Below, piece after piece: positions 27,100 through 36,454 of a stretch of 64,000 bases of DNA (position 1 is the stretch's first letter; every line of letters begins with the position of its first letter). The stretch lies in the IMG/VR virus record IMGVR_UViG_3300024255_000007; one strand, written 5' to 3'. The notes beneath the pieces are model-generated. The model was not told the origin of the DNA, did no database searches, and saw only the letters and a program-made list of their open reading frames with translations. This DNA is from an uncultured virus (IMG/VR IMGVR_UViG_3300024255_000007) (taxonomy: Duplodnaviria; Heunggongvirae; Uroviricota; Caudoviricetes). Both the position numbers and the translations under genes were made by a program.

Positions 27100-29308
27100 T
27101 AAACTGCTCCTTTAACCAATCAAAATCATTAATTAGTCTCAAATTATCCGGCTTATTGCGATTGTCATAACCAAAGTCACGGCCAGCGCAAGCACCGCGA
27201 ATAGCATACCTTCCAAAGCGAGCTTGGTCTCCTCGTGTACACCAGACATCCAATCTTTTTTCTGTTTCATCATCTACTTGTCCTCTTATAGTCTTACTTG
27301 CTAGTTTTGCACATTCTCTAAATGCACTCTTCCAAGTGTTAAACGGATCAGTGTTGAATGACGTAATATTAGCAATCTGTTGCACAGCATTAAATTTTGT
27401 GCTAATACTAGTTGTCATATCCGCAGTATTCACATCAACGTCAAGTGTTTGTTGCCTAGGAAATAATTTTACACCACCGTATCCGTAAACCATATCATTT
27501 ACAGGATTTTTACTGCGCCATACAAATACATGATCATGCTGCCATTTAGGAACTTGGTAGTCAAAATTAAAATCATCAACAATTATTGCATCGCCGTCTA
27601 CAATCCATATCATATCGGTATTACAGAGCTTTGCAGCAGCTATATGCGCTTGGTGTATTCCTTTTACACCGTGTATACGTTTTGCTCTAGGAAAACGTTG
27701 TTGCAGAGCTATGTAGTTATCGTCTGCATTAGGTTCATTATAACTTATGAATACAATATCATAAGGTGTCGGCATACTAACAGTTATATCAATTTCTTTT
27801 TTATTTCTAAAAAATCTATAATCAAACTCTCGTTGAGATATTTCGTTTTCTTTGTGTATTAGAAACACACCGTCGTGATACTTATCGTTTTTAAATACGT
27901 GTACGTTATCGCGTTCATAATAAGGTATATGGTATTTAAAATCCCAGTCTACTTCTACATCGTTAGGAATTACCCAGACAAAATTACTTGTAACTGTTGT
28001 TAGTTGTAACACATAATCATCATAATTATCAACGTATATCTGTTGATATTTCTTTGGTTTAGATACAATCCTATCAACTTCTTGTTTTTGAACAATAAAT
28101 CCAAAATCAAATTCTTTTTGTGTAATTTTACAATTTTTGCTGCATAGTATTAAGCCATCGTAATAGTCACCGTTCTTAAATACGTGATTAATATTACGTT
28201 CAAATTTATAAGTATCATCAAAATTATTTTGGACTGGATAAACTAGATCAAAAATACTTTCATCTATTATCTGTATACGGTTAGGTATTGCCCAAAACAT
28301 ATCAGTGCTAGTGTTTTCTAATGCAAGTTCGTAGTCGTTATAATTATTAACAACAAACCTGTCATACTGTTTTGTTTTACTAGCAACTATATCCCATTCT
28401 TTTGCACCAACTAAAAATCTATACTCTATTTCTTTTTGAGATACAGTAGATTTCTTTGACAGTAACCATACACTATTACGCAGTAACTTGTCTTCTTCTT
28501 TATGCAAGAAAGAATGATTGATTTCCCTATCATATTTGTTGTCATGACTAAAGTATAAATCAAACAAAAAATCAGATGTATCTACTTCTGACCTTACTGC
28601 CCAAAACATTTCTTTTGAACTATTGTCTACAGCATGTAAATAATCATCGTATGTGTCAACTGTAAATATTTCATACTGCACCGGAGTGCTTACAACATCA
28701 GGCCACTCTTTAGAGCTTACAAGAAATCGATATTCTATTTCTCTTTTGCTAACGGGGGTATGTTTTGAACATAGGAATACGCCGTTGTATAATTGCCTTC
28801 CATTAACATCATGTACAAATGCATGATTTTCCTTTCTGTCATAAGTGTTATCATGACTAAAATAAAAGTTATCAATAAAGTCCTGATTGTGAGTAACGTT
28901 TTGAGTTAACACCCAAAATAGCTCGGTAGAACTAGTTTCTAATGCATGTAAATATTTGTCATAGGAATCGATATAAAATTGATCAAACGGTTTAGGCACA
29001 CTTGCTATGATTTCTAAATCTTTAGTAGACTCATATTCTCTTGTGTCTATTTTTTCTTTTATAACACTTAAATTTTTAGGTGCAAGAACAATGCCATCAT
29101 AAGTTTCTTTGTTTAAAAATCTGTTGACATATGCTGTGTCCCATTCATCAACTGTGTAGTCGAAGTTAAAGTCAGCACTCACTTCTACGTCTGCAGGTAC
29201 AAACCAAAACATTTTTGTTAGTGCTTGTGTTTGAGCCTGTTGGAAGTTAAGTACTTTTTTAGCAGGTGGGATGTTTACATTGTTTCCAGAATAGAATATA
29301 TCATACAT
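27080..29308 (-). CDS. Glycosyltransferase-like (GT-A) protein with five N-terminal ~100-aa repeats
   Basis: C-terminal YDIVFISYNEPNA..HGVKGIHQAH..WIVDGDA (DxD)..YGYGGVKL..AFRE, paralogous to 37850; N-terminal repeats. Confidence 0.75.
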   Translation of the reverse strand: MYDIFYSGNNVNIPPAKKVLNFQQAQTQALTKMFWFVPADVEVSADFNFDYTVDEWDTAYVNRFLNKETYDGIVLAPKNLSVIKEKIDTREYESTKDLEIIASVPKPFDQFYIDSYDKYLHALETSSTELFWVLTQNVTHNQDFIDNFYFSHDNTYDRKENHAFVHDVNGRQLYNGVFLCSKHTPVSKREIEYRFLVSSKEWPDVVSTPVQYEIFTVDTYDDYLHAVDNSSKEMFWAVRSEVDTSDFLFDLYFSHDNKYDREINHSFLHKEEDKLLRNSVWLLSKKSTVSQKEIEYRFLVGAKEWDIVASKTKQYDRFVVNNYNDYELALENTSTDMFWAIPNRIQIIDESIFDLVYPVQNNFDDTYKFERNINHVFKNGDYYDGLILCSKNCKITQKEFDFGFIVQKQEVDRIVSKPKKYQQIYVDNYDDYVLQLTTVTSNFVWVIPNDVEVDWDFKYHIPYYERDNVHVFKNDKYHDGVFLIHKENEISQREFDYRFFRNKKEIDITVSMPTPYDIVFISYNEPNADDNYIALQQRFPRAKRIHGVKGIHQAHIAAAKLCNTDMIWIVDGDAIIVDDFNFDYQVPKWQHDHVFVWRSKNPVNDMVYGYGGVKLFPRQQTLDVDVNTADMTTSISTKFNAVQQIANITSFNTDPFNTWKSAFRECAKLASKTIRGQVDDETEKRLDVWCTRGDQARFGRYAIRGACAGRDFGYDNRNKPDNLRLINDFDWLKEQFNAISRR
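27761..29308 (-). repeat. Five degenerate ~100-aa protein repeats (approximate bounds)
   Basis: Recurring YDxY..A...S.T.(M/L)FW..., NH.F...Y.G..L..K..(S)Q.E..YRF....KE.D...S.P units. Confidence 0.8.
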
Positions 29309-29314
29309 ATTTAA

Positions 29315-29343
29315 ATTATAGCACCTTTTGTAACATGTGTCAA
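29315..29343 (-). promoter_or_regulatory. Consensus sigma70 promoter, probably giving a leaderless mRNA
   Basis: On minus: TTGACA, 17 nt, TATAAT preceded by TGn, then 6 nt to ATG 29308. Confidence 0.82.
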
Positions 29344-29352
29344 CTATTTATG

Positions 29353-29377
29353 TTATAAACTGCATAGTTTATAAATA
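29353..29377 (+). promoter_or_regulatory. Exact T4-late consensus TATAAATA overlapping a 9-bp inverted repeat
   Basis: TTATAAACT-GCAT-AGTTTATAA (29353-29374); TATAAATA 29370-29377, 5 nt before ATG 29383. Confidence 0.6.
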
Positions 29378-29382
29378 TTTGT

Positions 29383-30021
29383 ATGAAACAAGCATTAATA
29401 ATAGGAGGCGGATCTAAATGGGGATCAGTCTTTACAAAAAATCTAGCAGACAACGGGTATACTGTTGATCTAATTACTAGCTCTGCATTTGCACACGCTA
29501 ATGTACACACTTACCCTATAGACTGGATTTCATCTAATGAAAATACTATAAGGCATATTACAGATCAGCTAAAAAACAACACATACGATCTTATATTCTT
29601 TAATCAAAATTCAGGCGGCGGTCCAAACGAACAATGTTTTGCACCTAATCAAAGTTATCCAATAGACCATTGGCACATACAAAACTGGGTAAACAGTATG
29701 TTACCCTACGTAGTTGTACAACAACTTTCTGATAGTATTACAAAAGACACAAAAATTGGATGGATGCTTACTGGATTAATAGACGGTAAAGATCAGGCAA
29801 TGTGGAAATATGCAGGTTATGCAAGTGTAAAGTCTACAAATTTACACATAATGCGTGGATTTGCTAATCAACATAAAGGAATATTTTTTGCACTTAATCC
29901 TTTTTGGTTTCCTGAACAAGAGCAAGAACAAGATGCCGAAACAATTCGATTGTTAATAGAAAAATTAAATGCAAACGACAACGGATGCACAATAGATAAA
30001 AATGGCAACTATTGGATTTGA
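29383..30021 (+). CDS. Short-chain dehydrogenase/reductase-like (Rossmann) protein
   Basis: ALIIGGGSKWG nucleotide-binding loop; YASVK (YxxxK). Confidence 0.75.
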   Translation: MKQALIIGGGSKWGSVFTKNLADNGYTVDLITSSAFAHANVHTYPIDWISSNENTIRHITDQLKNNTYDLIFFNQNSGGGPNEQCFAPNQSYPIDHWHIQNWVNSMLPYVVVQQLSDSITKDTKIGWMLTGLIDGKDQAMWKYAGYASVKSTNLHIMRGFANQHKGIFFALNPFWFPEQEQEQDAETIRLLIEKLNANDNGCTIDKNGNYWI

Positions 30022-30905
30022 ACAGTTTTTAGAGCACAAATGTGTCCGTCATTGACCCAATTGTGCTGACTGATTTCACCAATTGCATATTCTAACGGCA
30101 ATTTAGCATAGTCTAGTTTATAAAATTTTACCCATTTTTGGAATTCTATAGACTTGTATATCTTTTGTCTAGTATTATCAATATCAAATATTATGCCGCC
30201 GTACGTGCCATCCCTACCTGTAACATCAGACTTTCTTGGATCGTCATCGTCTAAGAATGCACGTAAATAACTTTTACCTTGTATTTCATCTGATAATAAG
30301 ACAGTAGCAAGACTATCTTGGTAAATTAATTGTTCGTCATTGTCATAAAAATTCTGCCAACTTGCGTCATGAACGTTGTTATCATTACATGTAAGATGTA
30401 TATACGGTGCAGGGTTAAGTGATGCTACAAATGATTTTTGAGTTGTTTCTCTGCTTACTTCTAGTTTATGAACTTCCGTATTAACTCCGTGAATTAAATC
30501 TAACCATTGTTCTCTTGACGTAATCATGTTGAAAGTAAATTTTGGATCATAAGGATTTTCAACTTGAATGTTATGGAATGTATAATTGTTAATCCATACA
30601 CTATTATCTGTAAAAAATCTATGATACTTGTTAAGGTCTACCTGTGTAGGATTGTCTTTGCGTGTAAATGGATGCTTATATCCTAATGCACTTATATTAT
30701 CAAAGTGTTGCCATAGCCTATCTACATAGATTGTATAATCAATATTACCTTTATCTAATCCTAAAAAAGAATTTAGTCTTGTAACATAGTTGTAATTTTG
30801 TAGCCTGTCTATTACTAGCCTACCTGCTACATTATCGTAGGCACGAAACTTGATATACCTATCTTTTTCAAATGTTAATACTATGTTGCTAGCAATAAAT
30901 TGCAT
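30009..30905 (-). CDS. Unknown-family protein, paralog 3 (more divergent)
   Basis: LNKYHRFF, NTEVHKLE, QGKSYLRAFLDDDDP, YAIG. Confidence 0.65.
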   Translation of the reverse strand: MQFIASNIVLTFEKDRYIKFRAYDNVAGRLVIDRLQNYNYVTRLNSFLGLDKGNIDYTIYVDRLWQHFDNISALGYKHPFTRKDNPTQVDLNKYHRFFTDNSVWINNYTFHNIQVENPYDPKFTFNMITSREQWLDLIHGVNTEVHKLEVSRETTQKSFVASLNPAPYIHLTCNDNNVHDASWQNFYDNDEQLIYQDSLATVLLSDEIQGKSYLRAFLDDDDPRKSDVTGRDGTYGGIIFDIDNTRQKIYKSIEFQKWVKFYKLDYAKLPLEYAIGEISQHNWVNDGHICALKTVQIQ

Positions 30906-31501
30906 ACTATGGCCCTTCTATCTGATTGAACTAACGGCACACTATGCCAGTTGTTTTCAGTATTTAGCCAAAAAGTGCCGGTCCATTTTTGGTTACTTGC
31001 TTCATAAAATTTTCTATCAAGATCTTGTCCCTTGTCAGTCCAATCATGATTAGTTTTGCTAAATGCTGTTTTAGTTTCATTATCAGCTAAATTTATCGAG
31101 CCTGCCCACATACTAAACCTATTGTCTAAATGCCAAGGTTGGTCAAATCCTTTTTTATCGTGTACTAACATAAATGCATGTTTAGCATCAAAATTATTTT
31201 TGTTCCACCAATCATCAAAATTATAAAATACAGGCCAACGTAATTTATCTATTTCTAATAGTGCTTTTGTTACAGTTTTAAACATAGGCGAAAAGTGTGC
31301 AGCTAATTGTTTATAATTATCTAGCCCTCTTGCATCAGGCGTTAATCTTTGTCTGCCGCCATGCACAACTAAGTTTTCAAAACTTAACTGTTCAAAATTA
31401 TCTTCTTTATATAGTGCGTCTATTTTATCCTGTGCAAATGGTTCAAACTCTATTTCTATAATTGCAGGATCTTCATAAACTGTTTTTATTGTTTTTATCA
31501 T
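30881..31501 (-). CDS. Fe(II)/2OG oxygenase-like protein
   Basis: D..GF.QPWHLDNR (HxD), WHSV, R.AIV.N. Confidence 0.75.
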   Translation of the reverse strand: MIKTIKTVYEDPAIIEIEFEPFAQDKIDALYKEDNFEQLSFENLVVHGGRQRLTPDARGLDNYKQLAAHFSPMFKTVTKALLEIDKLRWPVFYNFDDWWNKNNFDAKHAFMLVHDKKGFDQPWHLDNRFSMWAGSINLADNETKTAFSKTNHDWTDKGQDLDRKFYEASNQKWTGTFWLNTENNWHSVPLVQSDRRAIVCNLLLAT

Positions 31502-32695
31502 TTACCATCTTTCTATATTGTATTCATCTGCAAGTTCTATAAAGTATGGGACTGTTTCAAATAAATTTTGTCCACGCTTCTCGTCAAACATTTTTTGTTC
31601 TTGGAAGTATTCACCAACTTTCCTAATATCAATTGGCTTTGTTAGGGCATCATAATAGTTTGCTAATAGATCTTGCATTGGTATTTGATTACGGGCTGGC
31701 ATTGCTTCTAGTATATCAATTGCTTGCTGAATAATATGTTTAGGAGTGATATCTAATGTACATGTGCCAACAACTGGTATAAAGAAAAATGGAACTGCTT
31801 TTCCTTCTAAAGATTGACACCTTTCGATAAGTTTAGGAATATTTAGTGCATTGGTGTTTTGTATTGTTGTACTAATACTAACTTTAATTTTTTCGTCGTC
31901 GCCAAAATTAACTAGAGTTAGTAAATTTTTAAATACTTTGTTCCAATTACCAGGCCAACGTATATAATTATAAACTTCATCACACCCGTCAATACTTGCC
32001 TGTATATGTATTGTTCTAAAGTGTTTCCATTTGTCTATGTAGTCTTCAATTTTATTTACTTGCAAATTAGTATTATAGTGTATACCGATGTTCTTTGCTT
32101 GTCCAGATTCTATTAATAGATCTAATATTTCATCATGAAATGGATTTATTAATGGCTCGCCGCCTAACATATAGATACTGTTTAGATTTTTACTTTTGCG
32201 AAATAACTCTAAAACTTTTTGTTTTGATTCTTCATTTAATTCTAAGTCTATAGGACCGTTGTGTTTACCTAATTCTTTTAGTTGTTTTGCTAATAAACTA
32301 CTACTGGACCAGTTGCACATACGGCATGCAAGATTACACTTGTTACCTAGTGTTATATCTATGTACTCAAGATCCTCAAAATCCATTACTGTTTTAGTAC
32401 TTTTTATTCCACGTTTAACTCCGTGTTCTTTATCATTATTTGCAACATGTCGAAAACTTCTAGATCCCAAGTCCTCCATTTTCCAGCATCTGTCGCATTG
32501 AGAATGTTTTTTATTTTCTTGAAAGTGCTCACGGATATCTTGTATAAAAGGATTGTTTATTATGCCGTTGACATCTAATGCGTCTACGTATGTATTGCTA
32601 GAAGTATAGCCAGCATTACAACACTGTCGTATTTCGCCAGTTGCGCTTATACTAACACTATTAAAAGGTAAGACACAATAATTACTTAGTTCCAT
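31502..32695 (-). CDS. N-terminal twitch-domain radical SAM protein
   Basis: CVLPF..GEIRQCC..CDRCW..E..G..S.R; CNLACRMC; GGEP; YNTN; start MELSNY at 32695. Confidence 0.92.
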   Translation of the reverse strand: MELSNYCVLPFNSVSISATGEIRQCCNAGYTSSNTYVDALDVNGIINNPFIQDIREHFQENKKHSQCDRCWKMEDLGSRSFRHVANNDKEHGVKRGIKSTKTVMDFEDLEYIDITLGNKCNLACRMCNWSSSSLLAKQLKELGKHNGPIDLELNEESKQKVLELFRKSKNLNSIYMLGGEPLINPFHDEILDLLIESGQAKNIGIHYNTNLQVNKIEDYIDKWKHFRTIHIQASIDGCDEVYNYIRWPGNWNKVFKNLLTLVNFGDDEKIKVSISTTIQNTNALNIPKLIERCQSLEGKAVPFFFIPVVGTCTLDITPKHIIQQAIDILEAMPARNQIPMQDLLANYYDALTKPIDIRKVGEYFQEQKMFDEKRGQNLFETVPYFIELADEYNIERW

Positions 32696-33917
32696 CGCCG
32701 CCGCCATTTAAGTAACTATTTTGTTTGTCGCCTAGTTCGCCAAAGTCAAGACCATTCCATTCTACACCACAGCACTGCCCGCATTTAGCAGGACGCATAC
32801 TTGTATTGCCGCTTTCATTATCCCATGTGTCGGGTATAAGTTTACGGAATAAGTCTTTATCAAGTATATCAAACAAATTATGGTCGTGCATATTAAATGC
32901 ACGTTGTCCGCCATCAATATCAACAATTTTTAAATAGTTATCGTCTCTTGACCTTTGTTTAGGATTATGAAACGGTTCACTTCCTAAAAAACAACATGGA
33001 GATACAAAACCGTCTGCTGCTATATAAATTTCGTTGTTAGGATGATGCGGTCTTGCGCCTGCACAACTTCTGCATGCTATTGACAAATCATTTAATTTAA
33101 TAGTATGCCATTCACCGTTTGCATATCTATTATCTCCATTATCTCTGCCTTTCATATTTTTAAAATCTTCTAGTGTAATACTTTGATTTTCTTGATTTTT
33201 AAAAAGTGTAGCATCTTCAAAGTTATGCTTAAATGCAACTTCTGATGGCTGTTTTAGATCATATAAGTATTTGCCTTTTTCATATACTTTATATGCTCCT
33301 TGGTCATTGTCGTATCTTTGCCATCTAGTAGTTCTCTTAATATTAAAGTTTTTAAATCCCATTTCAATAGCTAGATTACGTGCTTCTTCAACTTGATGTT
33401 CGTTGTATTCAAATACAATATAGTCCCAATGTGCTACTCCGCCAGCATCGATAAACGCTTTAGCATTTTCGATTATCTTTTTAAAGTTTGTTTTACGTCT
33501 ATATAGATGATTTGTATCTTCTAAACCGTCAATACTAAATGTGCAGTAATTGCCAGGATTTTGTTTTTCTGTCATTACTGCGCCTAAACGTGCCCACCAA
33601 TCAGGTGTTCTTAGACTTCCGTTAGTATTACACGCTAACCCTACTCCGGGATTTAGTTCTCTTACATATTCGTAAATATCAACAAATTGTCTACATGCAC
33701 ACGGATCACCAAAATTACCACATGCTAAAATTTTCTTTAAATTACGTTGAATAAACTCTACAGGCCATGCTGCTTTAAATTGGTCTAAAGTCCATTCAGT
33801 ATTTGAAAGTGTTTCTACTTCAAATCCGTCTTTTGTGTATCGTGGACACATTGGACACATACTGTTACATCTATCAGTAGGCTCCCAATGAACTTGAAAC
33901 TTTTCACCTCTAAACAT
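32682..33917 (-). CDS. Radical SAM protein with C-terminal SPASM/twitch-like domain (paralog of 20872)
   Basis: CNSMCPMC, GNFGD, SIDGLEDTNHLYRR, YIAADGFVSPCC, CGQCC. Confidence 0.92.
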   Translation of the reverse strand: MFRGEKFQVHWEPTDRCNSMCPMCPRYTKDGFEVETLSNTEWTLDQFKAAWPVEFIQRNLKKILACGNFGDPCACRQFVDIYEYVRELNPGVGLACNTNGSLRTPDWWARLGAVMTEKQNPGNYCTFSIDGLEDTNHLYRRKTNFKKIIENAKAFIDAGGVAHWDYIVFEYNEHQVEEARNLAIEMGFKNFNIKRTTRWQRYDNDQGAYKVYEKGKYLYDLKQPSEVAFKHNFEDATLFKNQENQSITLEDFKNMKGRDNGDNRYANGEWHTIKLNDLSIACRSCAGARPHHPNNEIYIAADGFVSPCCFLGSEPFHNPKQRSRDDNYLKIVDIDGGQRAFNMHDHNLFDILDKDLFRKLIPDTWDNESGNTSMRPAKCGQCCGVEWNGLDFGELGDKQNSYLNGGGDGTK

Positions 33918-35109
33918 TGATGTACTCCTTTGCTAAATTGTAATATTCTGGAAATGTTTCTTGGAAACTTTCATTACGGACTTTATCTCTTAACCGTATT
34001 TCTTTCCAAAAATTGTTCCAGTCATGTTCACTGTATTCTGTATTACGCAATAGATTACAAATCATATCACGCTGCCTAGTCCAGTCATGTACATCATATT
34101 TGCTTTCTGTTGCTTCTAATCTTTTTATTAACTTTTGTTTTAATTCTGTAGGAATAATTCTTACTCCGTGATGATCATGTACTGTGTTTACATACATGCG
34201 TAGTCCTTTGGCTGCATAATGTTCATACGTTTCAAAAAAATCAAATACATTAAATGCACTTACACTTAAACATGCGCCAATATACCATGTTGTCTTTGCA
34301 TTATCTTTAGCCACTAAAAATTTATCTATATTTTCTTCACACAATTCAAATGGACTTCCGTGTCGTAAATAATCAAACTTTTTACCTATACCATCTGAAC
34401 TTATTTGTATATCAACTGTTTTAAATTTGTCCAATAAATCTATATATTTGGTCGGATAAATGGTACCATTTGTGTTATAATGTAAATATTGATTCTTACT
34501 AAAGCCTTGTGTAACACTGTGTTCTATCATTTTCCAATGTGCAGGAATGTAAAAAGGCTCTCCGCCAGCAAAATCAAAACGTTCTGCATGTTCTAGTAAC
34601 TCCTTTATATCTTCCCAAACAAAGTCGTTAGTTTGTTCAAAACTTTCTTTAGCAATTAACCATTTAGGTTGTTTCATGTAACCTTTTATGTCCTTAGGAC
34701 TGTGTATTTCTGCTTCCTCACGTAGCCACGGAGTACTATGTCTTGGCGAACAAATGCGACACTTTAGGTTACATAAGTTGCCCATGCTTAGATCTAGCAC
34801 AACTGGCAAACTTTCAAACTCAAATGTTCTATCTTTATATTCTCTGTTGTCTCTTATGCGCTTGCTTTCTTTGCCAGCATCTTCTTCCTGCCAACATGCT
34901 GTGCAATCTGATATCCTTTCGCCGCTGTCTAGTGCGTCTGCAAAATCTTTACGATCTTTACTATACCAAAAATCTTTAATGCTTGCTTTGTCTAATGAAG
35001 TTTCGCCTGTATCAGTTGTTAAGAATTTATCACTCATACAACAAGGTCGTACACCTCCAGTAGGGTGTATACTTAAATTCATATAAGCATTAACGCACCC
35101 GTTAGCCAT
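33910..35109 (-). CDS. N-terminal twitch-domain radical SAM protein
   Basis: C...GGVRPCC..CTACW.EE.AG.ES.R; CNLKCRIC; GGEP; YNTNGT. Confidence 0.92.
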   Translation of the reverse strand: MANGCVNAYMNLSIHPTGGVRPCCMSDKFLTTDTGETSLDKASIKDFWYSKDRKDFADALDSGERISDCTACWQEEDAGKESKRIRDNREYKDRTFEFESLPVVLDLSMGNLCNLKCRICSPRHSTPWLREEAEIHSPKDIKGYMKQPKWLIAKESFEQTNDFVWEDIKELLEHAERFDFAGGEPFYIPAHWKMIEHSVTQGFSKNQYLHYNTNGTIYPTKYIDLLDKFKTVDIQISSDGIGKKFDYLRHGSPFELCEENIDKFLVAKDNAKTTWYIGACLSVSAFNVFDFFETYEHYAAKGLRMYVNTVHDHHGVRIIPTELKQKLIKRLEATESKYDVHDWTRQRDMICNLLRNTEYSEHDWNNFWKEIRLRDKVRNESFQETFPEYYNLAKEYINV

Positions 35110-36454
35110 AATTATCATGCACCTCTTTACAATAATTAAAGAAATCTGTATATTCAGGAAATACTTCTAACAAATTTAGTCCAACACGTTTATCATTTTC
35201 TGTAAAGAAACTATAAAAGTCTCTGCGACCTTGTTGTATTTTAAGAGGATCAACAGGATTTTCTTTCATGTAGTTTCTAACACGCTTGAACTTTTCATAC
35301 TCATCCGGATTAAATTTATCCATATTTGTATCAATAAAACTAAGTGTTTCGTCCATGTATAATAAGAATGATTCTGGTAAAATATTAATCATCCAATGCG
35401 GCGGCTCTTTTAAATACGGTGTATCAAAACCAATAGCATGGTGTCCAAACTCTTCTCTCCACTCAATTACTTTATGTAACAGACTTTTGAAGTTTGTAAC
35501 ACACAAAACATTAAATGTACACATTAGACTTACTTGAAATCCCCTGCGCAATGCTTCTTTTAGATTACGTTCCCAGTGTACTAGATTCATTCCAGTACGC
35601 ATGTATTCTGCTTGCGGTCCCCATGTATCTATACTTGTAAACAAGCTAAACTTTTTAATTTTTTTATTTTCTAGTAAAGATTCTACTCTATCATAAAATT
35701 TGTCTATCTTGTTTGTTGAAACTCCTAGATTACTATTGAGACTAATTCTTAAATTTGGAGCAGGCTCTTTTTCTAATAGATCTAAAAACTGCATAGATCC
35801 CGGGTTCATTAAAGGTTCTCCGCCAGTAATACGTAGTGTGTGTAGATCATTGCGTAAACTAGGCCACCATTTCCAAAATGCTTCGATATATGGATTGTCG
35901 TCTTTAGGACCGTAGTATGTTCCGTTTTCTAAAAAGTCTATACCGTATTGATTGTAGGTTAAATCGTAGTTGCCGTGTTTTTTAATTTCGTCCATCCATA
36001 ATGTACTTGCTTGTGGACAGCAATAGCCACAACGATAGTTACACCCGTTACCAAAACTAACTTCCAAATAGCGAGGATTTATATCTTTATCCCAAGGCAT
36101 AGTTGCAAGTGTTTCAATCACAGGCTCAGCATAAGAACTAGCACTATGAAAATGCCGATCACTTAAATGCTCGCCAGGTAGATCTTCAATATTCCAGCAG
36201 TAATAACATTCATCAGGACGACCACCTTCTAGCATAGTCTTACGTTGCTGCTTTTTCCATTTTGTATTATGTAAAGCACTTGGATTATCTTGTATTTCTT
36301 GTAAAGGTATATGTTGAGGTCGTGGATGATAACAACTGTGATTATCGCCTGTATGAAGATAAAGTGTTTCGTGCAACCATTTTTGTGTGCAAAACCCTTT
36401 ACCTATCTTGTTTAGTCTTTCTTTTACTGCATCTACTCGTTTATCTCTGCTCAT
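35102..36454 (-). CDS. Radical SAM protein with N-terminal Cys/His twitch-like domain
   Basis: FC..KW...HSCYHP..ECYYCW; CNYRCGYC; ITGGEP. Confidence 0.92.
   Translation of the reverse strand: MSRDKRVDAVKERLNKIGKGFCTQKWLHETLYLHTGDNHSCYHPRPQHIPLQEIQDNPSALHNTKWKKQQRKTMLEGGRPDECYYCWNIEDLPGEHLSDRHFHSASSYAEPVIETLATMPWDKDINPRYLEVSFGNGCNYRCGYCCPQASTLWMDEIKKHGNYDLTYNQYGIDFLENGTYYGPKDDNPYIEAFWKWWPSLRNDLHTLRITGGEPLMNPGSMQFLDLLEKEPAPNLRISLNSNLGVSTNKIDKFYDRVESLLENKKIKKFSLFTSIDTWGPQAEYMRTGMNLVHWERNLKEALRRGFQVSLMCTFNVLCVTNFKSLLHKVIEWREEFGHHAIGFDTPYLKEPPHWMINILPESFLLYMDETLSFIDTNMDKFNPDEYEKFKRVRNYMKENPVDPLKIQQGRRDFYSFFTENDKRVGLNLLEVFPEYTDFFNYCKEVHDNYG

Noticed and set aside
16539..35118. ORF-track starts at 17588, 19300, 19992, 22017, 23481, 25283, 32707 and 35118
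   Set aside because: Downstream Met codons give ATGA or short overlaps typical of this operon; the longer starts run into upstream genes.
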